From NCBI RefSeq assembly GCF_044704955.1, contig NC_091999.1, positions 59,210,001 to 59,274,000 on the forward strand: DNA of 64,000 nt, read 5' to 3'. How positions within the stretch are numbered: the stretch's first letter is position 1; each line of letters starts with the position of its first letter. The position numbers were made by a program, and so were the translations under genes. The notes under the pieces are model-generated. The model was not told the DNA's origin, searched no databases, and was given only the letters and a program-made list of their open reading frames with translations. Source of the DNA: Pristiophorus japonicus (taxonomy: Eukaryota). Positions 49,289-62,954 of this stretch are shown one piece after another.

Positions 49289-51269
49289 GTAAGGAACATT
49301 CACTCATTCAAAAACTGTTGTATTTGTGTCTTTATTTTATATTTCTGTTCATTTTAATAATGATTTCGTTCACTGAAACTTGGGTCCGGTGGATTTTGTT
49401 TTGAGATTTTTTGCAACGCTCAATGTGATTCTGCTGCAAAATGATTATAGAATTCAACAGTTTCTCCACAGAAAATGTTGTTGATGTGATTTGGTGTTTA
49501 TTCGCTGACGACTGTGTGCCTGGTTACTTTAAATACTTTATGGTTGTTACACTGTTTGACGTTTCTGCAATGTTTAATCTCGGTGACCTATGATTGTTGC
49601 AGTTTTTCTGATCGAATGCAAACATTGTGTTTAAATCTATTTAAAGGAACATTGTAGGCACAAAACAGAAAGCTTAGCGATCAATAAATAATCTTCAGGA
49701 ATTGAATGCTTTTTATTGAAAATTACATTGTCATCTACTGAGCGAATGTTCCCGAAAGTTTAGATTCAATATGTGAAGCGTTACTGTAATTAAGAACTGA
49801 ACAATTAACACATTTCCAGCCGGAACAGATTTAAATTAATATTACTAACATTATTATAATGCAGTAATATCACCAATTATTATTAAATATGCTATAATAT
49901 CAACATTAATGTATTTAACAGTCTAAACACAATTCTGCTGAAAGTATTTTAAATTTCTGTTGAATTCAATCATTAGTTATTTCAGTGTTAGGCGGGTTCG
50001 GTGATTCTGTAATGAGATTTTTTGCAAGGATACATTTGATTCTGCTGGAAGTGTTTATAGAGTGAAGGGTCTGCTCCATGAAAGGTTCTGTCGAGGGATT
50101 CGACCCCTCAGTGATGTGATTTAGTGTTGATCTGCTGAGGAGAGTTTGTGCCTGTGTCACTCAGAATACCTAGAATTTGTGAAACCGTTTGGCGTTTCTA
50201 CAATGTTTAATAAATATTGGGTGTTGTTTGTTAAAACTTTCACTAAACTAATCTTGAACACTTTGCAAGACCAAAACCTGTCTCTCAATAACAAATTTCG
50301 CTGTATTAGTAAGGCTGAAATTCAGGCACATTAAGTTAATTTCAAATGTTGCAGGTAAGTGTGCTTCTGAGGAGGAAGGGCCAGACAGGCACTCAGATTA
50401 TTTTCAATAATCATCTAACATGAACATTAATTAGAATGTAACATCAGTGATCATTTATTAAACACAAACGATCCCTTACAATTGCGTTGCATACTGGTCC
50501 GTATTATAGTTATTGCAAAACCTCAATGGTTGGAGAGAATGTTTAATTAATTCCAAAATTAATTTATAAATCAATGCATTTATAACCCGGCTGTGCTGAG
50601 TTCGATAAGGTGCCGCTGCAGATTTTGGTGAATTAACTTCCTGTTTTGCCTCGATGATTTTACAGGTTATATTTACTGATGAAAATATATCAAATCAGTG
50701 GGTGGTCAGATTTCAATGTAGATGTCTCCTGGATTGTGACATTCTTATTCTGTCACCGAGTCCCGTGACGGCAGCAAATTCCCGTGGAATGTGAATTATT
50801 TCCAGATACTTGCTTTCAGGGGAGTTAATTTTTACACGGTTTCCAAGAAAGTTGACAGAGATGGAAAAATGGCTGGATTCTGAAGAGTCTCTCAAATTAA
50901 TATCAGTTTAATTTCAAAGAATCTGCGGAGTTGAGGTGGTTGGAAATTGACAAGAAATAAATTAGAAATCAAGCAGCTTCATTGAAATTAACAGATTGAA
51001 CTGGTCTCTCTGCCTGGAGCACCGTTTGTGTCTGTTCTGTTTCTGTGCGCCTGCTCACTGTGTGAGAATCAGGAGTCCTCCTGACCGGTTGTAAACCTTC
51101 TGGATTGTGATTCTGTATTGCGGGGAGTGTCATTTAACTCAGTTATTTAAGAAACTGGTATATGTGAGAAACGTAAAAGTTTGACTTTAAAGTTGATGAG
51201 TCGCCGCAGAAATGAGATCAGTTACCCAGAGTGTGACAGTCAGAAGAAACAGTTCCGAAACACCATGGG

Positions 51270-51780
51270 GGGACAGTAGAAGGAGCTTTAATCAGTTTCC
51301 AACCCAGTTGTACATGCCCTGGGAGTGTTTGATGGGACAGTGCAGAAGGAGCTGTACTCTGTATCTAGCCCATGCTGTACGTGCCCTGGGAGTGTTTGAA
51401 TGGACAGTGTAGAGGGCGCTTTACTCTGTATCTAACCCCATGCTGTACGTGCTCTGGGCGTGTTTGATGGGACAATGTAGAGGGAGCTTTACTCTGTATC
51501 TGACCCATTCTGTACCTGCTCTGGGCATGTTTGATGGGACAATGTAGAGGGAGCTTTACTCTGTATCTTGACCCATGCTGTATCTGCTCTGGAAGTGTTT
51601 GATGGGACAGTGTAGAGGGAGTGTTACTCTGTATCTGACCCATGCTGTACCTGCTCTGGAGGTGTTTGATGGGACAATGTAGAGGGAGCTTTACGCTGTA
51701 TCTTGACCCATGCTGTACCTGCCCTGTTTGGATTGATGGCACAGTGCAGAAATAATTTTACTCGGAATCTAAACCTTGCT
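51270..51780. repeat. ~67-bp tandem repeat in the J-C intron
   Basis: Period 67-68 nt; further units at 52100-52460. Confidence 0.9.
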
Positions 51781-53554
51781 ATATTTGGCCCGTCTTACGG
51801 GGTAGTGTAGTTTAATATGCATTCATCCTTTGCTTTACATGACCTTACAGCGCCAGACAGATCAGTGAAGAGAGAGATTTACTCTATCGAATCTATCCTG
51901 TATCTGATTTGAGTGATTTTCTAAAAATATTGAAGAAACTTCAATCTGCATCTAACTAATAAGATATCGAATTAGTAATGGTTATACAGTTGAGCATCAG
52001 ATAATTATTGAATGAGATTGGTGTGATCCGAAGCTCACTTTCAGAACAAACAGCGCCTCGTCTGATCTGATGGGTGCTCCAATTTATTTTGGCAATTTTG
52101 GACCTGCACTGGGGCTGTTTGATGGGACATTGTAGAGGGAGATTTATTCTGTATCTAACCCATGCTGTACCTGCCCTGGGAATGTTTAATGGGACACTGT
52201 AGAGGGAGCTTTACTCTGTACCTGTATTGGGAGTGTTTGATGGGACAGTGTAGAGGAAGCTTTATTCTTTATCCAAGCCTGACTGTACCTGCCCTGAGTG
52301 TGTTTAATTGGCAATGTGGAGGGAAATCTACTTTTTATCTAACTCGTGCCGTACCTACCCTGGGAGTGTTTGATATGACAGTGATGAAGGAGCTTTACTC
52401 TGCAACTAACCCGTACTTTACTTTATCTGGCAGTGCTTGATGGGACATTGCAGAGATTGCTTTAATCAGTATTTAAACTTTTATTTACAAAGACGTGGAG
52501 CTTAATTGGGTCCTTCAATATAGATTGATCTTCTATTTAATCAGAGCTATAGGTGAGCTGGTGCGCTTTACAGGGGCAGTGTATGGTAAGCTTGTCTTTA
52601 TACATGTGATAATTGTGCTGAATCTAATCGGTCAATTTGATAACGCATTTTATGGAGAGACATTTCGTAGCACATCTCTGCAGTACTTGAGCTGGGAATG
52701 TTTGACGGGATAGTACAGATAACGTACTACTCTGTGTGCAACCCTTGCTATACCTGTCATGACCCACACGACAGCATAGCGGGAGCTTTGCTCTCATATC
52801 TCTGCTGTATCTGACCTGAGAGTGCTTGGTCAGGCAATGTTCAAGATACCGCTAGCTGCGACTAACAAATAGCAGATAAACTACTCGTGACAGATATACA
52901 CAATAAATCGTCCGATTGACCAGATTAAACAACGCACATTCATTGATGTTTATATTCTTTCTGAAAAAATGCCAAATTTTTAATGAGTTATTAATGTTTG
53001 AACATTTTGAGCATCAGATTACTATTGAACACGATTGGCCTGATCCTCAGCTCACTTCCAGAACAAACTGTTTCAGGAAGTGAATAACGCTCCAGAAAGC
53101 AGCGCCTGTTCTGATCTGTTGGGAGGCTGTAAGTTATTTTCACAATTTAAATGGAGGATATCAAGACTCCCACTTGAATTAATCGTCATGAGGACCTCAT
53201 GTTTAGAAACATTATGTTGTTCAATTCTTCCTGAAAAGGTTAAAGGCAGGGACAAACTATGAGAGATGCAGCTATTGGCCTGGATCACAACACAAGGCGC
53301 ACAGTCACTGAGCTGCAATTCTGTGAAACATTTAAAGAGATAGAGTCAACCTGCAATAAGTCATCATTCGCAATGAATTTTAAGCCTTTATAGCAGCATG
53401 CGATTGACTAATTTGCGTCAGATTTATAAGATCTCTTTATTTTAAATATCCTCTTTAATTACAACAAACAATAAAAATAGATCTGGTAGAGGTGTCCAAA
53501 ATATGAAGCGTTTCCTTCCATTAAATCTAGTAGAACTATTCCCACTGACTCGTG

Positions 53555-54485
53555 TAGAATGATAGCATCTCACAGCACTGAAAAGGCCATTCAGGCATCG
53601 TGCCTATGCCGGCTCTGAAAGAGCTGTCCAATTTAGTCCAACTCCCCAGGGTTTTCCTTCTAAACGTGCCACTGAGTCCTCCTGACGTACAGGAGGAACT
53701 GCCTGGAGCATTCCTGAAATTACCAACCCTCTGTGTGAAAAAATTACCCCAATTTCCCCTTTTGATCTTTTGCCAATTATTTTAAATTTGTGACCTTTGG
53801 TTACCCACCTACTTTCCAGCGGAAGCAGTTTCTCCCTACTTGCTCTATCAAAACCTGTCATCATGTTGAATATCTCTCTTAAGTCTCCTCTTAACCTCTG
53901 CTCCAAGGAGAACATCCCAGCTTCTCCAATCTATCCACATAACTGAAGACCCCATCCCTGGCATCATCCTGGTAAAAGCTTCCCCTCTACACTCCCCAAT
54001 GGCTTGACATCCTTCCTAAATTGTTGTTCCAGAATTGTGCACAATACCCCAGCTGAGGCCTAACACGTGATCTGTAAGTTTAGCATAACCGTCTTATTTT
54101 TGTAGTCAATGGCCCATTTACAAAGTCATGTATCCCATACGCTTTCATAACTGTCTTACCAGTTTGCCCTGCCCCCTTCAAAGATTTTTGAATATGTTCA
54201 TCTAGATTTCTCTGTTCGTGCATCCCCTCAAAACAATACTATTTAGATTATACTGCTTATCCATCTTCCACCCAATGTGCATCGCTTCTCAATGATTCGC
54301 ATTAAATTGCAATTGCCATGTCCCGGCGCATTTCACTGGTCCATCTGTCTCCTCATGGAGTCTGCTGCTTTCATGCTCACTATTGGCTACGTTGCCAGGT
54401 TTTGCATCACCTTCGAACTTCGAAATTGTATTCCCTATAACCAAGTCCAGGGCATTGTGATATAACAAGAACAACAATGGGAACT
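53555..54485 (-). mobile_element. Old CR1 3' fragment in the J-C intron
   Basis: FSLEQRLRGDLRE, GHKFKIIGKR, TISKFEGDAK. Confidence 0.82.
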
Positions 54486-55235
54486 GAAATGGGCCATTTA
54501 AGGAGAAACTTCCAATTAACCGGATTTTGGAATGGTATTTTATTCGGATTATTAATTGAGTGGCAGGGAGGAGGAAACTCAAGAGACATGCATTCAATGG
54601 GATGGGATAGAGCCCAGATCACAGTGCACTGAGGGACATCGGTCTCCATCAAATGCTGAGAAAATGAGGGAGAAATTCGACTCAATCGCAATTCACCGAC
54701 AGCTTGAATCTTAGAAACTTAACTATGGAAATGCTACCTGTTGAATTATGTGGTATGCAAATTTAGAGGGTTTTTTGCTAACGTCCGAAGCAGGAATTCC
54801 GCTGTTACTTTGAAGTGCAGTCACTGTTGTTTTGTAGGGATACGCCGCAGGCAATGTGCACAGAGCAAATTTCCCCAAACTGCAATTAAATAAAGGACCA
54901 GAAATGGTGCTGATTGAGAAATAAATGGAGGCCGAAATAACAGGAACACGTCTCTGTTCTTCTATTGTATGATCCAATGAAGGATTCTTTATTGACGAGT
55001 TGTGTAAATGTTCTTGTTGTGTAATGTGATAGAGCTCGGGGATAGAGAGGTGTGTTCCTTACCAGGGCATCGACAGGTCCTTATGATGGAACTGACAGAA
55101 ACTCAAATGCCCGTGTAGTCTTTGATGGGGAAATGGTGGAATTAGTTTATTCTGCAGTCAAATTTCGAGCTGTTTATTTCTTTTATAAGCACGGATTACA
55201 GAGTCTAACTTGTTCAATGGGCCATTCTTTCCCAG

Positions 55236-55535
55236 TAACACCGTCTCCCCCCACCCTCTACGCCCTGCTCTCCTCCTGTGAACAACCCAGTACCGATGGC
55301 TCCATCACGTACGGCTGTTTGGCGATGGACTACTCCCCCGACATCACCAGCCTTTCCTGGAAGAAAGATAAAGAGCCAATCACCACTGGATTGAATACCT
55401 ACCCGTCAGTGCTCAACAAGAAGGGAATCTACACCCAGAGCAGCCAGTTAACCATCGCCGAGTCAGATATGGGGAGCAGCACAATCTACTGCGAGGTTCG
55501 ACGTGGTGTGTCGGTCTGGGCCATCACAATGCTAG
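55236..55535 (+). CDS. IGHM: IgM constant exon CH1
   Basis: cccag|..[39 protein letters not shown]..|gttagt; 300 nt, phase 1-1. Confidence 0.96.
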
Positions 55536-55611
55536 GTTAGTGATGTGGATTACAGGGCAAACAATGATAAGGTGAGAAATTATGTTCAACTTGTAGAGAA
55601 ATTTGGTTAGA

Positions 55612-56365
55612 CAACACTTAGAGTACTGTGTACAGTTCTGCTCTCCATATCATACTTAGAATACTGTGTACAGTTCTCGTCTCCAAATCACACTTAGAGT
55701 ATTGTGTACAATTCTGCTCTCCCTATCATACTTCTAATATTGTGTACAGTTCTGGTCTCCATATTACACTTAGAGTATTGTATACAGTTCTGGTTTCCAT
55801 ATAATAATTAGAATACTGTGCACAGTTCTAGTCTCCTTATCACATTTAGAATATTGTTCACAATTCAGGTTTCCATCTCATACTTAGAATACTGTCGAAA
55901 GTTAGCTCTCCACATCATACTTAAAATATTATGCACAGTTCCGGTCTCCATATCACAGTTAGAATACTGTACACAGTTCTGTTCTCCATATCACGCTTAG
56001 AATATTGCTTAAAGTTCTGGTTTCCATCTCATACTTAGAATACAGTGTAAAGTTCTGGTCTCCATATCATACTGAGAATAGTGTGCATAGTTCTGGTCTC
56101 CATATTACACTTAGAATAGTATGCATAGTTCTGTTCTCCATATCACACTTAGAATATTGCTTAAAGTTCTGGTTTCCATCTCATACTTAGAATACAGTGT
56201 AAAGTTCTGGTCTCCATATCATACTGAGAATAGTGTGCATAGTTCTGGTCTCCATATCACACTTAGAATATTGTGCATGGTTCTGGTCCGCATATCGCAC
56301 TTAGAATATTATGCACAGTTCCGGTCTGCATATTAAACTGAGAATACTGTGCACAGTTCTGCTCT
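55612..56365 (+). repeat. 38-bp minisatellite derived from the CR1 RT motif HLEYCVQFWSPY
   Basis: ~20 units of cacttagaatactgtgtacagttctggtctccatatca. Confidence 0.88.
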
Positions 56366-56484
56366 CTGTAAATGCCAGGTTAGTGTTCGTCTGACAGCAA
56401 AGAACCTGTTAAAATATAAGGACGCTTTGCATTTCTTAATCAATTATTTTCTAAGCAATGTCAATAATATGTTTTTTTTTGAAG

Positions 56485-56802
56485 ATCCTGAACCGGACAT
56501 CGTTCCTCCAACTGTTCTCCTCACGCTGAGTTCCACTGAACAAATCACCAGCAGCAGATATGCAAGCGCCGTGTGTTCAATCATCGATTTCAGGCCAAAA
56601 TCACTGACCGTGAATTGGCTGAAGAGTGGACAACTCATGGATTCGGGCATCATCACCTCTCCCGTCTTTGAGGTGAACGGGAACTTCTTGACGGCCAGTC
56701 GGCTGACAGTCCCCGCCGAGGAATGGTTCACCGGCTCGGTCTACACCTGCCAGGTCACTCATGAAGGGGTCACGCAAAACCGTAACTTCAGCAGATCTCA
56801 GG
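56485..56802 (+). CDS. IGHM: IgM constant exon CH2
   Basis: tttgaag|..[30 protein letters not shown]..|gtaaga; 318 nt, phase 1-1. Confidence 0.95.
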
Positions 56803-56919
56803 GTAAGAGACACAATCCCGGGAGGTTGCACACCATTCTGAGCGCTGACCTCAGTAAGGATTTTATTGGAATTAGTAAAAAGCAGAGGACTGTTCCTAAT
56901 TTCCAATCATGCAGTTTGT

Positions 56920-57370
56920 GTATTCTTGCGATACAAACTTGCCTTTATACAGCGCCTTCAGCGACCACAGACTGAACCAAAACGCTTGCCAGCCAATGAA
57001 TTAAGTTGTGAAATGTGGTCACAGTTGTAATGTACAAAGTACGGCAGTCATTTAGTGCACAGCAAGCTCCCACAAACAGCAGTGTGATAATGACCATTTG
57101 TTTTTGTTGAGTGATATTTCTTGAGGGATAAATATTCCCAGGCCACCAGGGAGAACTCCTCTGCTTTTCATTGAAATAATGCCAGAGTATCGTTTACCTC
57201 CACCTGAGAGGCCAGACGGATCCTCGGTTTAACACCTGATCCGACAGACGGCAACTCCGATAGTGCGCCATGCCCCCAGTACTGCACTGGGAGACTCAGC
57301 TTACATTTTGTGATCAAATATCTGGAGTGGAAATTCAATCCAGGATCTTCTGGTTCAGGATTCCTCATTG
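56920..57370 (-). mobile_element. Deu-domain SINE (SacSINE1-like)
   Basis: Reverse complement of the SINE core (gcacagcaagctcccacaaacagc). Confidence 0.78.
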
Positions 57371-57569
57371 CTCAGGATTTATTAACCTCGCCAAAGAAGC
57401 TTTCCCCTTGCTCTGATGTCAGGCAGTGAGTGAAGTGTCCTTAGTCTCAGGTTTATCCTGAGTTGGCTGATCATATACGGAGCGGCTGTCGGAGTCTGGA
57501 ACCCTTTCCTGCCAACTGTCCAGGAATCCTGCTAGAATGGGCATCTACCCTATTCAGAGCACTGAGCTC

Positions 57570-58065
57570 AATTCTCGGCTCCGCACCACAGGAAGGATAT
57601 ACATGGAGGCGCTAAACTGCAGGTTTACCCGAATTAAACCGGGGCTAATAATGTAAAATGATCAGTCGACGAGTATAAAACGTTAAGAGATGATCCAATT
57701 GACGTGTTTAAGTTGATAAATGGAATTGATCGAGTAGATATACAACATTTATTTAGTTTGATGAAAGAGTCGAGAACAAGTAGCAGAAACTTAACATTAG
57801 AGTTAGGCCGTGCAGAGGTGATGTCAGAAAGGATTTTCTCACAAGAAGAATATTGCAAGTCGGGATTTCCCTCCCCAAAAGCTGCTGACACTTGCTTTCA
57901 ATTGAAAAGTTGAAAATTGAGATTTATAGATTTTTGTCAGGCAAGGTTATCAAGGGTTACATAACCAATGCGTGAAGATGGTGTTGAGTGTTCATCAGCC
58001 ATGATCTAACTGGTTGGCGAGACAGGATGGATGGACTGAATGCCCTCCTCCTGTTCCTATGTTGC
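57570..58065 (+). mobile_element. Old CR1 3' fragment
   Basis: FKLINGIDRVD; cagccatgatcta 3' UTR. Confidence 0.7.
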
Positions 58066-58761
58066 TATTAATGCCCTGAGGTCATATTTCTCTCTGAATC
58101 TCTCTCACCAGACATGATAAATGTTCAGTAATTACAGAAATTAACAAGCGACCTCACATCATTCCAAATGATGCCGCACCACAAAGATTCCTTGGAACTC
58201 CATTCTCCCGAACTTGCACTTCTCCTCTGACGGGGGCTGTGACTGGTTCCTGCACATTTTCACTGCAACAAAAAACGCAGCAAGAGACCAGAAACTTAAC
58301 TTTGTTTCCTGTTGTCCCATAAATCCTGAAATTAATTTGACACTGGTTTTGAACCAGTATAATGTCTGGTGTAGACCTCTTGAACTTCGGGCTTTTCGGG
58401 CTTCAGCTATTATAACCAACGGTGATGCATTTGGGTGCAAGGATCTATGGACGGGCTTAAAGGAGCAAGGGATTTCAGGAAGAGCGCTATTCCATGCCTA
58501 ACACAATGTATTCCGATTTTATGCCGGGTATTTGCTTCACAGCCCATTACAGGTGGCTCTGGCTGCAAATACACAAGAAATGTTACAGATCTCTCGGAAT
58601 CGTTGCCAATTCATTGTCCTTCCAATAACGCCGGTGTTGAGGCAACAGCGAGAGGTTGATATCTCAAAAGTGATATATTCCCCTTGAAAGATTTAAGGCT
58701 AAATATTGGTGTCCGGATTCTGAAGCTTCAGCTTTTCCTGACTTTCATTCCTGTTTCGCAG

Positions 58762-59070
58762 TGGATGTCCCATGCAGCGATTCAAAAATCACTCTTCGCC
58801 CACCGTCATTGGAACAGGTCTTACTGGAGGCGATGGTGACCTTAACCTGCGTCGTGTCTGAGGCTCCTTATGGGCTCACCGTGACCTGGACCCGGGAAAA
58901 GGAGGCTTTGAAATCAGAGATTGCCTTCCAGCCGGGAGAGGATCCCAACATAGTGATCAGCAACTTAAACATCTCGACACAAGACTGGCTGAGTGGGGAT
59001 AAGTTCTACTGCGTGGTGAGCCATCAGGATATGCCGACTCCTCTCAGAGATTCCATCCACAAGGAAAAGG
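58762..59070 (+). CDS. IGHM: IgM constant exon CH3
   Basis: tcgcag|..[39 protein letters not shown]..|gtgagc; 309 nt, phase 1-1. Confidence 0.96.
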
Positions 59071-59989
59071 GTGAGCGGGGAGATTGTTGCAATAAGTGAG
59101 ATACTGTGACTATTTCCAGTGCATGTGCAAGGGACAATTCATTATATAAAGTGTTTAATGGGCTGCTCTGATCATTCAGTTTGGTAATTCCACGAACTCA
59201 GCACTCTGGGACCTGACATTATGTATTTTAGGGGAAACTGGACAAGTCCATGAGTGAGAAAGGAATAGAAGGGTATGTTATTAGGAATAGATTAAGTGAG
59301 CTAGGAGGAGGCTTGTGTGAAACATACACACCGGCATAGACCAGTTGGCCAAATCTCCTCATTCTGTGCAGTAAATTCTATGTAATTTTCCAGACCAACC
59401 CTTGGAGATTTCAGAGAGAAAGATTGTGTTCCCTCTGCTGCGGGATGGAAAACCAGAGAGGCCCCAGAGGGGAAAATGAAAAGCTTTAAAATTCAACGCA
59501 GTGTCCATTTCTCTCACATCTAACCACCTGAAATTGGCTGAATTTAAATGAGGAAGGCGAGTTGTGGGCGGTGGTCTCACAGGCCACCCGGAAGAACGGG
59601 AGGATTGGAAGCCGAGTCAGGAGGTCTCGGATCGCGGGGGCTGGGTTACACAGGGACCCTGGATCCAGGAGGTAGGTGTATGGGCAATTACCACCTGGGT
59701 GCAGCAGTCCCCGCCTCGCTGTAACTGCAGGGATTTACACAGTGTGTCAAACCGGACCAGCGACAGTTAAACACCAAATGGTGGTTAAAATAGAAGATTC
59801 CAGTCCCATTTAAATATTTTACTCAAATATAATATTACAACCGGGAGTGGGCGCGTTGACGTCGGGATTCCTATTTTTAACAATTTAAAAACCTCCACGC
59901 CCAAAACCCGCCTGCTGTATTGATTTAAAGTTTTCCCATTGTCTCTGGAACTGTCCAGTTCATTGGCCTTTATTGTAACTGTTCCACAG

Positions 59990-60381
59990 CGAAAGATCCG
60001 CGGGAACCGGCCGTGTCTGTCCTCCTGCCCTCGGCAGAAGAAGTCTCCGCTCAGAGGTTGGTCAGCCTCACCTGCTTAGTGAGAGGTTTCTCCCCCCGAG
60101 AGATCTTCGTCAAATGGACCGTCAATGACAAGCCGGTGGATTCCGGCAACTACAAGAACACCGAGGTGATGGCAGAGAACGGCAGCAGATCCTTCTTCAT
60201 GTACAGCCTGCTATCCGTTGCAGCCGAGGAGTGGGCCAGCGGTGCTTCTTACTCCTGTGTGGTGGGACACGAAGCGATCCCCTTGAAGATCACCAACAGA
60301 ACCATCAATAAATCCAGCGGTAAACCCAGTTTCGTCAACATTTCCCTGGTTCTGATGGACACCGTCAATTCTTGTCAATGA
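59990..60381 (+). CDS. IGHM: IgM constant exon CH4 plus secretory tailpiece
   Basis: ccacag|..[50 protein letters not shown]; internal donor G|gtaaa at 60319/60320 for the membrane form. Confidence 0.97.
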
Positions 60382-60409
60382 GAATCTCTCGATTGCATTT
60401 CAGTTCTTA

Positions 60410-60425
60410 AATAAAAAACAATAAA
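60410..60425 (+). terminator. Secretory-form polyadenylation signals
   Basis: AATAAA at 60410 and 60420, ~30-40 nt after the stop. Confidence 0.85.
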
Positions 60426-61329
60426 GGGCTTTTTTTCCAATCGTGAGTTAAACAGGCAGCCGCTCAATTAACTATGTTTCCTAGTTTTGCCAATGTGAGG
60501 GCTGTTTGTCTGAAGTAGAGTGTTTGCGTGTCTCGGTCCCAAGGCTTATACAGCCAGCGCTCCCAGCTCAGATACACCATGGGTTAGAGACTGGGTGAAG
60601 TTCTCTCATTACAGGATTCCTGAAAGTAACTTCAGCAGAGAGAGAGTAAAGGGTAATTTTCACTCACTGTACCTCTCATACCCACCAGCGAGAGGGGAAC
60701 GGGAAATGCATAATTCTCGTAACCCCCACTGCCCCTCCCACAGGGAGATGGGAAATGAACCACTCTCTTGTAAATGCACTAAGTTGCCATCAGTACAATG
60801 TCACATTCTAACCCATGGTCAAAAGATTTTAAACTTGCCACATGATTATTATATTCTGAAATAACTATTTATTCCACGTAATATTTTTTAATTAAATAGT
60901 CCCTGTTAATTGTAAACTAACATGCTGAATTCTAATGGGCCATATCTAAACTGGTGATTGAATCCTCTGCGGGTTTCTCATAGTTGTGTCCCTGATGTTT
61001 CTGAGGCCCATCGGTTGAATTGTTGCATTCCTTCGGCTGACGTCACATTGCGCCTCACACAGGACACATTTACACAGAGCAGGGAGAATACATGTGAAAG
61101 TGAGTCTGTCTGTGTTCATATGTAAGTGTGATGATGATTTTGTATAAGTGTGTGTATTTTTGTGTAAGTGCACAATTTCACAGTAACACACATAGACTTA
61201 CATATAAAGACATACGTTAACACTCTGACACATAATATTATACATAACTCGAATATAATGAAAACCATCATTGTCAAATCCAGTTATTGGTACTCTCTGA
61301 AAATTTTAACAATAGCAATAATACACGTC

Positions 61330-62460
61330 AATCTAAATGCACACTTACACAACGGATACTTACACACACTTACACACACATAGACACACACATCAATCCA
61401 CACAGACACTGACACAAAGCACACCTACACCCACTTACACACACATAAACACATACATCAATCCACACACACACTTACACAAAACAAACTTACACACACA
61501 TAGACACACGCATCAATCCATACACACAGACTTACAAAACACACTTACACACACTTACTCACACATAAACACATACATCAATCCACACACACACTTACAC
61601 AAAACACACTTATACACACATAGACACACGCATCAATCCATACCCATACACTTACAAAACACACTTACACACACTTACACACACATAAATACACATCAAT
61701 CCACACACACACTTACACAAAACACACACACACTTGTAAACAAACGCATCAATCCAAACACACATTTACACAAAACACACACACGCTTACATGCAAACAT
61801 ACTATTGCACTTAGACACACACATCAATCAAAACACACACTTTCACAAAACACACACACACAAACACACACAAACTTACCTGCAAACCCATTGCTACACA
61901 TAAACACACACATGCTTACACCTAAACATGAACAACACTGAGACATAGCCGTACACTTACAGGGAAACACACACCTGAACACATTTACACAAGTATGAAC
62001 ACGCATATAAATCCAAACACAATCTAACAAAAACACACACAGACAAACTTACAGGTACACACAATGTGACATGAAAACTCACAAACACACACTTACACCT
62101 CAACATTAGCAAACACTTGGACATAACCATACATATACACTTACAGGGAAACACACACATGAACATAAATATACACCGGGTTACACATACACTTACACAT
62201 AAGCACACACATGAACACACTTGCACACACACACACACACAAACCCTTTGATATGAACATGCTTACACATAAAAGTACACACACTCACCTACACCAAATC
62301 TCACACTCACAATTAAATTTAAACACACACACTTACATAAAAACACACGCATTCTTAAACAAAACATAAAGAAAGATTTACACACACATACACAATCTTA
62401 GAAATACACACACGCACAACCCCACAGATCAACACCCTCACAGGGAACACAAACACTGAC
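61330..62460. repeat. Degenerate (CA)-rich microsatellite/minisatellite
   Basis: acacacttacac repeats. Confidence 0.9.
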
Positions 62461-62954
62461 TAATCCAGAACAACAGATAGTTATACAGTGATATAGACAC
62501 TAAAGAGCACAAACAAAAACGTCAGGCTATAGAAGAATGTAGAACAAAGATGCAGTTTTTGGACGGGCAAAGTATCCAATGCTTGGCCTGAATAAATAAT
62601 TACTGATACCATAATATCTAACATTTCACTATTCTGGCCTTACACATACACTGGATCAATGTAGTTGTTGCAAGCTGAAACGTTATTTATGTTCAGAGCA
62701 TTGCCGTAACATATATAAAAAAAAGGTTATAACTCACAACTAATCTCTTAAAAGCCTCCTTGGCAGCCTCCAACTAAGTAACTACCTTAACCTAGCGGAA
62801 AAATAATCGATATCCTGCTGTACACCTTCCTCGATGTTTCATCGTATTATTCCCGAATGGTAGATCGTAGCAAAGTCATCCAAAATCAATTAGCCTCTGA
62901 CATGGAAGAAAAACTATCATATTTTCCAAAACGGACTATAGGAGGATCATAATG

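Noticed and set aside
48368-60381. Assignment as IgM1gj-like, IgW or IgNAR
   Set aside because: Four mu-type C domains including CH2, a conventional VH, and incomplete V-J joining
61337-62238. His/Thr- and Cys/Val-rich ORFs
   Set aside because: Translations of a (CA)n-derived repeat
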